A stretch of DNA of 64,000 nt from a bacterium. GTDB lineage: Bacteria; UBA8248. A model generated the notes under the pieces. That model searched no databases and was not told where the DNA came from. It was given only the letters and a program-made list of their open reading frames with translations. The DNA is taken from positions 1,600,001-1,664,000 of the forward strand of contig OZ244799.1 of assembly GCA_965219955.1 (NCBI GenBank), written 5' to 3'. This document shows, one piece after another, positions 39,729 through 50,347 of this stretch (the stretch's first letter is position 1; each line of letters opens with the position of its first letter). The translations under genes and the position numbers were made by a program.

Positions 39729-40370
39729 ATGTGGGAAAACACGAAAACAAAAATTCCCGAAGCGACCGTGAACCGGTTGTCCACCTACGCCCGCATACTG
39801 GATCAGGTAAAAAGTGAGGGAACCGAGCTCATCGCGTCCGCCGACCTGGCGCGACAGTGTGGCTTCAAGCCCGCGCAAATCAGAAAAGATCTCGCCTATT
39901 TCGGTGAATTCGGCGTCCGCGGGAAGGGCTATTACATCAAGGAATTGAGGGAAAATCTAAAAAAAATCCTGGGCGTGACCCAAACATGGAAAGTCGTACT
40001 CGTCGGAGCGGGAAACCTCGGTTCGGCTCTGTTGGCGTATAAAGGTTTTCTGGCTCATGGCTTTGAAATCGACGCTGTCTTCGATAAATTCCCTGAAAAA
40101 ATACCCCCTCACCGTATCGATTCTCTACCTGTTTTACCGATGTCGGATTTACATGAGGTCGTGAAAGAAAAGCAGATCAAGATCGGCATCATCGCGGTGC
40201 CGAGCAAAAACGCGCAAAACGTAGGAACGGCACTTGTGAATGCCGGTATTACGGGCATATTGAATTTCGCTCCCACGCAAATTCAGACGCCGCGACACGT
40301 GAAGGTAAAAAATGTAGATTTAGGCAGTGAACTGGAGCACTTGTCATTTTATCTCTCTCAGAACACTTGA
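39729..40370 (+). CDS. rex: Redox-sensing transcriptional repressor Rex
   Basis: IPEATVNRLSTY, QIRKDLAYFGEFGVRGKGY, GAGNLGSAL, GILNFAP motifs. Confidence 0.97.
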   Translation: MWENTKTKIPEATVNRLSTYARILDQVKSEGTELIASADLARQCGFKPAQIRKDLAYFGEFGVRGKGYYIKELRENLKKILGVTQTWKVVLVGAGNLGSALLAYKGFLAHGFEIDAVFDKFPEKIPPHRIDSLPVLPMSDLHEVVKEKQIKIGIIAVPSKNAQNVGTALVNAGITGILNFAPTQIQTPRHVKVKNVDLGSELEHLSFYLSQNT

Positions 40371-40385
40371 GGTGTTCGCAACCAT

Positions 40386-41132
40386 ATGAACGAACCACAA
40401 GCCTTCTATATCCTGGCCTTTGACACTTCGACCCCGAAAGGGAAGTGCTCGGTACTTTGCCCAAATGAAGCAGAGGGGGAGGTGCTTCTCTCAGAAGATA
40501 TACGCATTTCCAAGACGCTGTTGCCACAGGTAGAACAACTCTTGATTTCAAGAAACATCGATACAAATATGATTCAGGCCATTGGAGTCTCCATCGGCCC
40601 GGGCACTTTTACCGGGCTGCGCGTAGGACTCTCTTGTGCAAAAGGACTTTCATTGGGTTTGGGCTGTCCATTGTACGGTTTTTCCTCTTTAGAAGTCATG
40701 GCGATGGGCGCGCTGTTGAATGAAATTCGCACGGGCCGCTGCCTGCCCGATTATGTCCTCCCCTATCGAGACGCCAGGTATGGGGAGTTGTTTGCCGCGT
40801 TGTTTGAAGTATCCGGAAACCCGGAATCATCTCGGGGAATCCCCCTCAACCGCGCCCGTGAGGACGAAATCATCACTCCAGGCGAGTTTCGCCCCCCGCA
40901 AGACGGAGACACGTTACTCGCAGGGGAAAAAGAGAAATTGCCCGAAAGCTTCGCTCCTGGAGTCTCGAAAGGGCCAATCAGGCACCATGAGGTTGATTCC
41001 TCGGCCGTTGCGACCGCATTGCTTACCCGAAGAGCCCTCCAGACTCAAACACCTCCGCCTAACGCCAACATATCGCTGAATTATTGCCGAAAATCACAGG
41101 CGCAAACCAAATGGAGCGACCCACAGGGTTGA
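40386..41132 (+). CDS. tsaB: tRNA threonylcarbamoyladenosine biosynthesis protein TsaB
   Basis: ILAFDTST, GPGTFTGLRVG, DARYGE motifs. Confidence 0.9.
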   Translation: MNEPQAFYILAFDTSTPKGKCSVLCPNEAEGEVLLSEDIRISKTLLPQVEQLLISRNIDTNMIQAIGVSIGPGTFTGLRVGLSCAKGLSLGLGCPLYGFSSLEVMAMGALLNEIRTGRCLPDYVLPYRDARYGELFAALFEVSGNPESSRGIPLNRAREDEIITPGEFRPPQDGDTLLAGEKEKLPESFAPGVSKGPIRHHEVDSSAVATALLTRRALQTQTPPPNANISLNYCRKSQAQTKWSDPQG

Positions 41133-41240
41133 TCCCTGGCCCAACCTTTCGTACATTAATTGATTATTCACAGACACGATTACAACGATAAATGAGAACC
41201 TGAAATTTTCACCACGAATACCTGCGGAGGAGAATTTTCA

Positions 41241-41447
41241 TTGGAAACAACCGAAAAAGTGGAAGAAGCTTTGAATCTGGACGATGAACTCACGAACCTG
41301 AAAAAAGAACACGCTGTTTTAGATGAAAAGATTCTCGCTCTTGAAAATATTCGCTTCCCTTCCCCGGAAGAGCAACAGCAGATAAAACTGCTTAAAAAAG
41401 AAAAGCTCGCTATCAAGACGCAATTGGAAACGATGGAGAACAATTGA
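41241..41447 (+). CDS. DUF465/YdcH-family small coiled-coil protein
   Basis: EHAVLDEKI...LKKEKLAIK pattern; GGAGGAG RBS. Confidence 0.75.
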   Translation: METTEKVEEALNLDDELTNLKKEHAVLDEKILALENIRFPSPEEQQQIKLLKKEKLAIKTQLETMENN

Positions 41448-41787
41448 TAATCGGTATTTCGCCCGATGAAACAGGCTAGAGCATTGAAAGAGAAGATTTT
41501 ACGTTTTCACTCTTGACCAAAACGAAAAAGGTGCAGTACTATCAAAGCGATTATTCAGTTGTGCATGTCTTGGGTTTATTCAAAGTTCTGAAGCACGGGT
41601 AACAAGGAAAACGGCCATATGGGTCCGGAAAAAATGTTGTGGGATAAGGAGTCTGGCGTAAGAAGGGGGCGGTGTGCCCCTGTGCGCCGTCCCCTGATTT
41701 CTTCTTAACGACCTGCCGGCATCATCCGGCATTTTTCGGATCGACTTTATTGCCAGAGTGAGAACAAACTCGACTGGCTGAGAGGAA

Positions 41788-43572
41788 ATGGCCGTGGCGA
41801 CCAAGGCGAAAAGCCAAACCGCAAAACAACCCGCAAAACTGAAGCCGCAGAAAATATCCGGCGCTGAGATTGTCTATCGCAGCCTTGAGCGTGAGGGGGT
41901 GAAGTACGTTTTCGGACACCCGGGCGCCATTCTTCTGACGGTCTTGGATTTATTCCTTAAAAGAAGCAAAATCAAGCACTTGCTCATTCGACACGAGCAG
42001 TGCGCCGCTCACATGGCGGAAGGCTACGCACGCGCCAGCGGTGAAGTCGGGGTATGCCTCACCACCTCCGGGCCTGGCGCCACGAACCTCATCACGGGCA
42101 TCACGGACGCCTACATGGATTCTATTCCCATCGTATGCTTCACTGGGCAAGTCGCCACCTCGATGGTGGGCAACGACGCCTTCCAGGAAGCCGACATCGT
42201 AGGCATGACCAGAACCATCACCAAGCACAACTACCTGGTGAAAAGCACAGATGATCTTGCTGAAACCATTCAAGAGGCTTTCTACATTGCACGCACAGGC
42301 AGGCCCGGTCCGGTCCTCGTCGATCTCCCCAAGGACGTTCTCCTCGGCGATGGAGACTACCAGCTGCCGGAAAAAGTGGATCTGCGCGGCTACAAACCCA
42401 CGACCAAAGGCCATCCCAGGCAAATACAGCGCGTAGCCGAAGCCATCGAAAAATCCAAACAGCCCCTGCTCTATGTGGGTGGTGGCGCCATTCACGCGGA
42501 AGCGCATTCGGAAATCGTAAAACTCGCGGAAACTGCGGAAATTCCGGTCACATATACTCTTTTGGGGGCAGGAGCTTTCCCGAGCGCCCATGAACTCTCA
42601 TTGGGTATGCTCGGTATGCACGGGACGGCATACGCCAACTATGCGACCATGGAGTGTGACCTGCTCATTGCCGTTGGTGCGAGATTCGACGATCGCGTCA
42701 CCGGAAAGGTTTCGGAATTCGCGACCCGGGCGAAAATCATCCATATCGACATAGACCCCACCGCCATCGGGAAGAACAAGACCGCGGATATACCGGTTGT
42801 CGGCGACGCCCGCCAGGTACTCGTTGAAGTCAACAAACTCATCAAACCCCAGGAGCGTCCTTTGTGGAAAAAGCGGATCCAAAATCTGAGAACGGAATAT
42901 CCGCTGACGTTCGACTCTCCGGAAGGGGCGCCGATCAAGCCACAAGAGGCCATTGTCGCTTTAAGTGAGGAAGTGGGCGATAAAGCGATCATCACCACCG
43001 AAGTGGGACAACACCAGATGTGGGCCGCTCAATTTTACAATTTCACTTTCCCGCGCCAGTTCATTTCATCCGGTGGCCTTGGAACGATGGGCTTCGGCTT
43101 TCCTGCAGCCATCGGCGTGGCGCTTGCAAGGCCGGATAAGCTGGCCATCGACATTGCGGGAGACGGCAGTTTCCAGATGGTGATGCAAGAAATAGCCACA
43201 GCCGTTCAATACGACATTCCCGTAAAAGTATTTCTGCTTAATAACGCCACGCTGGGCATGGTTCGTCAGTGGCAAGACTTGTTCATGGACCGACGATTTA
43301 GCGAAGTGGATTTCGAATCTTCGCCCGATTACGTCAAACTCGCGGAAGCATTCGGCGCCAGTGGTCGCCGGATTGTGGATAAAGACGACATCAGGCCCGC
43401 CATTCAGGAAATGATCAATACACCGGGACCCTTTATCTTGGACGTAATCGTCGACCCTGATGAATTGGTGTTCCCCATGGTACCCGCAGGCGGTGCGACA
43501 AAAGACATGATCGTTCGGGACAGTCGCAAAAAGATCCTTCAAGGCAAACTCAGCGCATTGCCCGACAACTAG
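41788..43572 (+). CDS. ilvB: Acetolactate synthase large subunit, copy 1
   Basis: RHEQ, TSGPGATN, DAFQEAD, RFDDRVTG, VGQHQMW, GDGSFQM, LGMVRQWQ motifs. Confidence 0.95.
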   Translation: MAVATKAKSQTAKQPAKLKPQKISGAEIVYRSLEREGVKYVFGHPGAILLTVLDLFLKRSKIKHLLIRHEQCAAHMAEGYARASGEVGVCLTTSGPGATNLITGITDAYMDSIPIVCFTGQVATSMVGNDAFQEADIVGMTRTITKHNYLVKSTDDLAETIQEAFYIARTGRPGPVLVDLPKDVLLGDGDYQLPEKVDLRGYKPTTKGHPRQIQRVAEAIEKSKQPLLYVGGGAIHAEAHSEIVKLAETAEIPVTYTLLGAGAFPSAHELSLGMLGMHGTAYANYATMECDLLIAVGARFDDRVTGKVSEFATRAKIIHIDIDPTAIGKNKTADIPVVGDARQVLVEVNKLIKPQERPLWKKRIQNLRTEYPLTFDSPEGAPIKPQEAIVALSEEVGDKAIITTEVGQHQMWAAQFYNFTFPRQFISSGGLGTMGFGFPAAIGVALARPDKLAIDIAGDGSFQMVMQEIATAVQYDIPVKVFLLNNATLGMVRQWQDLFMDRRFSEVDFESSPDYVKLAEAFGASGRRIVDKDDIRPAIQEMINTPGPFILDVIVDPDELVFPMVPAGGATKDMIVRDSRKKILQGKLSALPDN

Positions 43573-43584
43573 GAGGTTTCATCC

Positions 43585-45279
43585 GTGGAGCTCAATGGCT
43601 CGCAAATCATGATTGAAGAGTTGAAGGCGGCAGGCATCGAGATGGCCTTCGGCATACCAGGCGGCGCTATCATGCCGTTTTACGATGAACTGTTGAAGGC
43701 GGATTTCCCGCACATCCTCACCCGGCACGAGCAGGGGGCGGCCCACATGGCGGATGGTTACGCGCGCGTGAGCGGCAAAGTCGCCATTGTCGTCACGACC
43801 TCCGGCCCAGGAGCCACGAATCTCATCACCGGACTCGCCAATGCGCAGATGGATTCCGTACCACTCGTCGCCATAACGGGCCAAGTCGCCACTAACATGA
43901 TCGGCACCGACGCCTTTCAGGAAGCCGATGTGTACGGCTGCTCCATTCCGGTCACGAAATTCAACTGGCTCATCAAGGATGTTAATGAAATTCAACATGT
44001 TACGCGCGAAGCGATTCGCGTGGCGACTACGGGCCGGCCCGGTCCCGTTCTGATCGATTTCCCTAAAGACATTCAAATCACCAACGCGGCATACACGCCG
44101 CGAGAATCCGCTGAATCCCCTCTTCCGGTTCCCCGGGAGTATCCCGAACTCGACACGGAGGGAATCGACAAACTGCTCGCAGCCATAGAGCGGGCCGAGC
44201 GACCCGTCATCATCGGCGGCGCCGGCATCATCAAATCCGGGGCATCGGCGGAACTTGCGAAATTCGCAAAAGCGGCCGGCATCCCGGTCATCAACACATT
44301 GTTGGGGCTTGGGGGGTTTCCAGGAACGAATGAGCTTTTCCTCGGCATGCCGGGGATGCACGGCACGGCCTATGCGAACTTTGCTCTGTGTGAATGCGAT
44401 TTGCTCATCAATCTCGGCGCCCGTTTCGACGACCGCGTGACGGGCAAGGTGTCGAGCTTTTGCCCCAAGGCGACCATCGCGCACGTCGACATCGACGACG
44501 CCGAGATCGACAAGCGAGTGCACGCGCACATTCCGATTCTCGGGAATGTGCGGGACGTGTTGAGCGCGCTCAATGAGCATCTAAGGCCTGGAGATTACGA
44601 TGAGTGGCGTCAAACCTGGACGGATTGGAAGGAGAACTATCCCCTTCAATACGACTGGGACGGCTCCATCAAGCCCCAGTACGTGATCGATCAGATTCAG
44701 GAAATCACAGAAGGCAACGGCATATATGTGACCGGCGTAGGCCAGCATCAAATGTGGGCGGCGCAGTTTATCCGCTTCAACGAACCCAAGACCTGGGTGA
44801 CTTCCGGCGGTCTCGGCACGATGGGCTTCGGCCTTCCCGCCGCCATCGGCGCGAAATTCGCCCGTCCGGAAAAAGATGTATGGCTCATCGACGGCGACGG
44901 CAGCTTCGCGATGACGCTCGTCGAACTCGCCACGGCGGCGACCTATAACGTACCCGTGAAGGTCGCCATCCTCAACAATGCGTACCTGGGAATGGTCCGC
45001 CAGTGGCAGGAATTGTTCTTTGACAAACGCTACTCGCATTCGCATTACCCGGAAAATCCCGATTTCGGCACCATCGCGGAGGGCTATGGCGTAAAGGGCA
45101 TCAATGTTACCGACGTGAACGAAGTGCGGAATTCCCTCGAGACGGCGGCCGAACACGACGGGCCGGTGGTATTGAATTTCCTCGTCAACAAGGAGGAAAA
45201 CGTCTGGCCCATGGTTCCCGCCGGCGCCGGAAACGATGAAATGCAACTCGCCCCACCCTCCAGGGAAGCCAAATCATGA
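43585..45279 (+). CDS. ilvB: Acetolactate synthase large subunit, copy 2
   Basis: Same motif set (GIPGG, RHEQ, DAFQEAD, GDGSFAM, LGMVRQWQ); clearly diverged from copy 1. Confidence 0.95.
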   Translation: MELNGSQIMIEELKAAGIEMAFGIPGGAIMPFYDELLKADFPHILTRHEQGAAHMADGYARVSGKVAIVVTTSGPGATNLITGLANAQMDSVPLVAITGQVATNMIGTDAFQEADVYGCSIPVTKFNWLIKDVNEIQHVTREAIRVATTGRPGPVLIDFPKDIQITNAAYTPRESAESPLPVPREYPELDTEGIDKLLAAIERAERPVIIGGAGIIKSGASAELAKFAKAAGIPVINTLLGLGGFPGTNELFLGMPGMHGTAYANFALCECDLLINLGARFDDRVTGKVSSFCPKATIAHVDIDDAEIDKRVHAHIPILGNVRDVLSALNEHLRPGDYDEWRQTWTDWKENYPLQYDWDGSIKPQYVIDQIQEITEGNGIYVTGVGQHQMWAAQFIRFNEPKTWVTSGGLGTMGFGLPAAIGAKFARPEKDVWLIDGDGSFAMTLVELATAATYNVPVKVAILNNAYLGMVRQWQELFFDKRYSHSHYPENPDFGTIAEGYGVKGINVTDVNEVRNSLETAAEHDGPVVLNFLVNKEENVWPMVPAGAGNDEMQLAPPSREAKS

Positions 45280-45779
45280 GACAGGTCTATTCTATTCTCG
45301 TCAACAACCACGCGGGCGTGCTTTCCCACGTGGCAGGCCTTTTCACGCGCCGTGGCTACAACATCGAAAGCATCGCCGCCGGACCGACGGAAGATACTAC
45401 GATAACGCGCATCGTCATCGTCGCCATCGGCGAGGAAAACGAACTCGACCAGATCGCCAAACAACTCCGCAAGCTCTACGACGTGCGGGAAGTCGAGCAA
45501 ATCTCTTATAACCAAGCCGTCACGCGCGAACTCGTTCTCGCGACAATCAAAGCGCCCATTACCAAAAGAAGTGAAATCATACAACTCGCCAACGCCTTCG
45601 GAGCTCAGGTGATTAACATGACCGACGATACGGTGACGCTCGAAGCGAGCGGCAACGATCATAAGGTCAGAACCCTCCTCAAGGCATTCGAAGGCTACGG
45701 AATTTCGCAGATGGCGCGCACGGGTATGATTTCACTGCCCTACGACGGCATGCCCGAGGATTGGGAGCCCATCGCATAA
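45276..45779 (+). CDS. ilvN: Acetolactate synthase small (ACT) subunit, copy 1
   Basis: LVNNHAGVLSHVAGLFTRRGYNIESI...ARTG. Confidence 0.93.
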   Translation: MRQVYSILVNNHAGVLSHVAGLFTRRGYNIESIAAGPTEDTTITRIVIVAIGEENELDQIAKQLRKLYDVREVEQISYNQAVTRELVLATIKAPITKRSEIIQLANAFGAQVINMTDDTVTLEASGNDHKVRTLLKAFEGYGISQMARTGMISLPYDGMPEDWEPIA

Positions 45780-46309
45780 TGTCCAGAAATGCCAACAACA
45801 CCAAGGATGAGACACATACAATAGCGGTTTTGGTGGAGAACAAATTCGGCGTTCTCGCCAAGGTGGCAAGCCTGTTCAGCGCCCGAGGCTACAACATCGA
45901 CAGCCTCTGCGTGGGGGTGACGCAGGACCCGAGCGTATCCCGAATCACTCTCGTCACGCGTGGAGACGCAAAAGTTCTCGAGCAGATCAGAAAACACCTC
46001 AGCAAGCTCATCGACACTTTCAAAGTGATGGACATGGGTGAGACGGATAGCGTCGAGAGAGAGATGATTCTCATCAAGGTTTCGGCACCGAAAGCCGCGC
46101 GGCCCGAGATTTTTCAAATCATCGACGTTTTCCGGGGCCGCGTCGTCGACGTGTCCACGGATACTATTACCGTCGAAGTCACAGGAGACGAGGGTAAAAT
46201 CCAAGCCATTTTGAATTTGCTCCAACCATTCGGTATCAAAGAGATCGCCCGCACAGGCAAAGTCGCGCTCACCCGTGGGGCCAAAACCCTCAAAGGCGCC
46301 AAAAATTAA
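45779..46309 (+). CDS. ilvN: Acetolactate synthase small (ACT) subunit, copy 2
   Basis: VENKFGVLAKVASLFSARGYNIDSL...EIARTG; TAATG stop/start overlap with copy 1. Confidence 0.93.
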   Translation: MSRNANNTKDETHTIAVLVENKFGVLAKVASLFSARGYNIDSLCVGVTQDPSVSRITLVTRGDAKVLEQIRKHLSKLIDTFKVMDMGETDSVEREMILIKVSAPKAARPEIFQIIDVFRGRVVDVSTDTITVEVTGDEGKIQAILNLLQPFGIKEIARTGKVALTRGAKTLKGAKN

Positions 46310-46312
46310 TCT

Positions 46313-46969
46313 ATGAGTGAAAGAAACCACTCCCGCAGACCATTTGTTGCGAGAGAAGGGTGGGGCTACGTTTCGGGTTTATCGGCCATCGGCCTCATAT
46401 CGATCTTCTTCGGGGGATGGATGTGGACGGCACTTTTTTTTCTGCTGGCCGCGGCCGTAGCCGGTTTTTTCAGAGACCCCGATCGCACCCCTCCCGATGA
46501 GCCGGGCGTCGTCTTGTCCCCTGCGGATGGTCGGGTCGTGGAAGTCGCCTCCACCGAAGATGGCGGAAACGTGGTCCGGATTTTCCTCTCCCCTCTGGAT
46601 GTTCACATCAACCGATCGCCCGTGGGGGGGAGAATATCGAACATCCACTATCAAAAAGGCCGTTTTCTGGCTGCCTACAAAGAAGCCGCCTCAAGCATCA
46701 ATGAGCAAAACGCCCTGGAAATCGAGACGAACACGGGCGATAATTTCAGGGTCATTCAAATCGCCGGCGTCCTGGCCCGGCGGATTGTCTGCTGGACCAA
46801 AGCGGGCGATACCATAAGCTTAGGGGAGCGCTTCGGGCTGATTCAGTTCGGATCGCGAACGGATCTATATTTTCCGGAAGGATATAATATATCCGTGGAA
46901 CAGGGGCAGCGTGTTCGCGGAGGAGAGACCATCGTTGGACGAACAAACAACCAGACAGCCACGGAATAA
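46313..46969 (+). CDS. psd: Phosphatidylserine decarboxylase proenzyme
   Basis: FFRDPDR, SPADG, DVHINRSP, FGSRTD (pyruvoyl cleavage site). Confidence 0.95.
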   Translation: MSERNHSRRPFVAREGWGYVSGLSAIGLISIFFGGWMWTALFFLLAAAVAGFFRDPDRTPPDEPGVVLSPADGRVVEVASTEDGGNVVRIFLSPLDVHINRSPVGGRISNIHYQKGRFLAAYKEAASSINEQNALEIETNTGDNFRVIQIAGVLARRIVCWTKAGDTISLGERFGLIQFGSRTDLYFPEGYNISVEQGQRVRGGETIVGRTNNQTATE

Positions 46970-47771
46970 ATTTGGTCGTCGTTCACGCAGGAGAAGACGT
47001 CGCTCTGGAAGACGCTCTTTTCAGCGAGGGATTTTCCTGGTTCCAAATCTGCTGACGACGGGAAGCCTGTTTGCCGGTTTCTATGCGATCGTCGCTTCCA
47101 TTCAGGGAGACTTCACCTGGGCCTCGCTGGCCATTTTGTTGGCTATCGTTTTAGATGGGCTCGACGGCACTGTCGCCCGGTTGACGAAAAGCACAAGCCC
47201 TTTTGGACTTCAATACGATTCTTTATGCGACCTGACGGCTTTCGGCATCGCGCCGGCCGTTTTGCTATATACCTGGCTCCTCGCCCCTTACGGGAGAATC
47301 GGCTGGCTGGCCACATTCATATTCGCTGCTTGCGGCGCCTTGAGGCTGGCGCGCTTCAACGTGCTGGCGCAAGCGGGCAGCGGTTCCATAGATTTTCGAG
47401 GACTGCCGATACCCGGAGCAGCGGGTGTTTTGGCATCCATCGTATATTTGGTTGAAGATTTTTCGATAAAGCCGCACGTCCCCCTTATCCTCATTGCGGC
47501 GCTCAGCTATGTGCTGGCATTCCTGATGGTGAGCACCATTCGCTATAAAAGTTTCAAGGATTTAAGCAGCCCTCTCAGAAGACCATTCCGCGTCCTCGTC
47601 GGCGCTGTGCTGGCACTGTTCGTGGCGGCGGCGATTCCTCAGGTGGTCGCCTGTCTGGCTTTTGTCGGTTACGCCGCATCCGGCCCCTATGGAATGATAA
47701 CGAGATGGCGGAGAACCAAACGAGAGAGCGGTTCCGAAAACCTCGAAGAAACGCATTCGGAATCAACATAA
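46935..47771 (+). CDS. pssA: CDP-diacylglycerol--serine O-phosphatidyltransferase
   Basis: PNLLT, DGLDGTVAR...G...DSLCD, RLARFN motifs. TTG start chosen from a GGAGG RBS (uncertain). Confidence 0.93.
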   Translation: MDEQTTRQPRNKFGRRSRRRRRRSGRRSFQRGIFLVPNLLTTGSLFAGFYAIVASIQGDFTWASLAILLAIVLDGLDGTVARLTKSTSPFGLQYDSLCDLTAFGIAPAVLLYTWLLAPYGRIGWLATFIFAACGALRLARFNVLAQAGSGSIDFRGLPIPGAAGVLASIVYLVEDFSIKPHVPLILIAALSYVLAFLMVSTIRYKSFKDLSSPLRRPFRVLVGAVLALFVAAAIPQVVACLAFVGYAASGPYGMITRWRRTKRESGSENLEETHSEST

Positions 47772-47952
47772 CCCTTCCCGAAGCGCGTCTCATGCTGCTG
47801 TAAACGGTTCGAATGATGAGCCGTATCTTATCTTGTTGCTTATTGCCTCTCGATTGCGATCTCATCAAATAGTATTCATAATCTTTTCGACTCAACAACG
47901 TATTTGAAAGCCAAATTCATCTGAAGCCAGAGACAGTTCTTAACGATTCACG

Positions 47953-50283
47953 ATGATGAGAGTCTCCGTGTCGAATAGCAAAAAAATCACTTCTCTGAAA
48001 ACACATGGGCTAAATTTATCAATCGCCATTTTCTCCCTCGTGCTTTTCTGGACGCCATCTGCCCCGCAGGCACAGCAAAATAGTGGTGCGAAATCACAAG
48101 CTCCGCCCTCTTCGTCCTCGAAAAGCGACAAGGACCCCCGGTTCTTGAAGGAACGGGAAGCGTCTATAGCCATCACGGCCGATGAGTTACGAGAAGATCG
48201 GGAGCGTCAGCGGATAATCGGTCGCGGGTCTGCAGATATCCGGTATTTAGGCAAAAGAATTAAAGCAGACCATATCGAGGTGCAAACATCGACGCGCGAT
48301 GGCGTTGCTACGGGAAACATTGTTTTTCAAACCACGAATGACCGCATCGTAGCCAACCGCATCGAGTTCAATCTCGATACTGAGCGGATGGTCGTGTTTA
48401 ACGCACGCGGCATCATCGGCACCACATATTATGTAACGGGACGAGTGATAAGGCGCTTGTCAGAAGACCGGTATGAAATCCAGGGGGGCACTTTCACCAC
48501 ATGTGAAGGGGATCTTCCAGACTGGGCTTTCGGCTTCGAGCGGGCAACCTTCCAGGTCGAGGGCTACGCTCAACTCGAAGCCCCCACCATGACGTTGAAG
48601 GGCGTACCGGCGGCTTATTTCCCCTGGGCCATGGTGCCGATTAAAACGGAAAGAGCCACCGGCTTCCTGCTGCCGGGCATCGGATCGAGCAGTCGAAGCG
48701 GTTTCCAGTTTTCCCCCACATTTTTCTGGGCTATTGACGATTCGTCGGACGCCACCTTCGGGGTCGATTATTTCACCAAGCGCGGTGCTCGCTACAAAGG
48801 AGAGTTCCGCTACGCGCCGAATCAAAATACCTCGGGGCAGATAGCGGGACGCTACCTGAAAGACAAAATCGAGCGGGCAACCTTTTGGGACGTCAGAGGT
48901 TTCCATCGCACGAACTTCAAGGACATTGACGCCAATCTTCACGCCGTGATCGATTCGCAAAAACGTCCGGCAAACGACCGCTCCCTCGAAAGCGATTTGC
49001 TGACTCGCACGCGCCAGGGTACGGACACCCACGTCAATTTCACGCAAAATCTTCCCAAAATAGCAGGGCAACTTCAGCTGGGAATGAGACGACGCGAAGG
49101 TTTAGGCGAAAACGATGGGCAATTGTTTCAAAGAGCGCCGGATATCGTTCTGGACATCCACAACAAGCGTCTGGGGAAAAGCGATTTTTACTTTAACCTG
49201 GATTCCTCCTTCACCAATTTCAGAAAATCGGAGAACGAAAACACGCTCCGCTTGAGTCGCTTTCACGTCGAACCGTCCTTTTCGTTTCGTTTGGAGACTG
49301 TTCCCTGGCTCGCCCTGACGCCCGAAATCGGATTCCGCAGAACCCACTGGACGCATCAAAGGACAGAGCCGGGCGCAGATTCACATTTCGATGACACGCA
49401 ACACGTGGAATCCGGCCTCTCACGTGAAATGTGGTTTGCAAGGCTTCATGCGATTGGCCCGCGTTACAGCAAAGTCTACCGGGGAGAACTCGGCCCCTTC
49501 CGGGATTTCAAGCACATCCTCTCGTTTGAGACGACATATCAATACAGCCCGAACAACGACGCGTATGACAGAAGCCTGATCCTCCCCCTGGATATGGTGG
49601 ACGCTCTTCAGCATGAACATGCCATCGAATACGCTATCGTGAACCGTGTGCTGACGAAACTGCCTAAAAAAGACGGCTTCCAGACAAGGCAGTTGTTTCG
49701 CTACCGAATCAGCCAAACGTACGATCTCGTCGAAGCGCGAAGGAATGAAGATCTGGACACGAAGCCGAAACGTCCTTTGAGCGACATCACACTCCGGCTC
49801 GAATCGCAGCCCTTCTCCAAGCTTCGCCTGCTACAACAATTCAAATACAACCCCTATGACCTGGAAATCAGCGAACACTCCACGGGTGTCTTTGTCGACG
49901 GTGGGAAGAAATGGTATCTCAATCTCGATCGGACCTGGACGCGCCAAAGAGATGATTACCCGGAAAACGCAGAGGGAAGTTATCTGAATTTCGGAGGAGG
50001 GTTCTCCCTCAACGAGCATCTTTTCCTCGAATACGCCTCGCGTTTGAACAAAACCGAAAAGACCACATTGGAGCAAAGCATCACGGCGCGCTACCTCGAT
50101 TGCTGTTGGGGCATGGAGCTTACGTTCACCGACACCAAGGATAAAAGCGAAGTCTTCCTCGGCTTTAGCCTCATCGGCCTGCTCGAAGGTGAGAGAGCCC
50201 TGGGTTTCACGAGCAGACGAAATGCACTACGAAAAGGCGGACTTTCAGGAATCAGCTCATGGGCGACTTCGCCTTTTGAGTAA
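47953..50283 (+). CDS. lptD: LPS-assembly protein LptD
   Basis: N-terminal beta-jellyroll-type region, FTTC...PDW, R.TGFLLP, barrel region, C-terminal DCCW. Confidence 0.88.
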   Translation: MMRVSVSNSKKITSLKTHGLNLSIAIFSLVLFWTPSAPQAQQNSGAKSQAPPSSSSKSDKDPRFLKEREASIAITADELREDRERQRIIGRGSADIRYLGKRIKADHIEVQTSTRDGVATGNIVFQTTNDRIVANRIEFNLDTERMVVFNARGIIGTTYYVTGRVIRRLSEDRYEIQGGTFTTCEGDLPDWAFGFERATFQVEGYAQLEAPTMTLKGVPAAYFPWAMVPIKTERATGFLLPGIGSSSRSGFQFSPTFFWAIDDSSDATFGVDYFTKRGARYKGEFRYAPNQNTSGQIAGRYLKDKIERATFWDVRGFHRTNFKDIDANLHAVIDSQKRPANDRSLESDLLTRTRQGTDTHVNFTQNLPKIAGQLQLGMRRREGLGENDGQLFQRAPDIVLDIHNKRLGKSDFYFNLDSSFTNFRKSENENTLRLSRFHVEPSFSFRLETVPWLALTPEIGFRRTHWTHQRTEPGADSHFDDTQHVESGLSREMWFARLHAIGPRYSKVYRGELGPFRDFKHILSFETTYQYSPNNDAYDRSLILPLDMVDALQHEHAIEYAIVNRVLTKLPKKDGFQTRQLFRYRISQTYDLVEARRNEDLDTKPKRPLSDITLRLESQPFSKLRLLQQFKYNPYDLEISEHSTGVFVDGGKKWYLNLDRTWTRQRDDYPENAEGSYLNFGGGFSLNEHLFLEYASRLNKTEKTTLEQSITARYLDCCWGMELTFTDTKDKSEVFLGFSLIGLLEGERALGFTSRRNALRKGGLSGISSWATSPFE

Positions 50284-50347
50284 AAGCGCGGATTCTCTCT
50301 GATACGATTGGGCAAACCGCTCATTTGATGAAGCGTGGGGCAATCCA

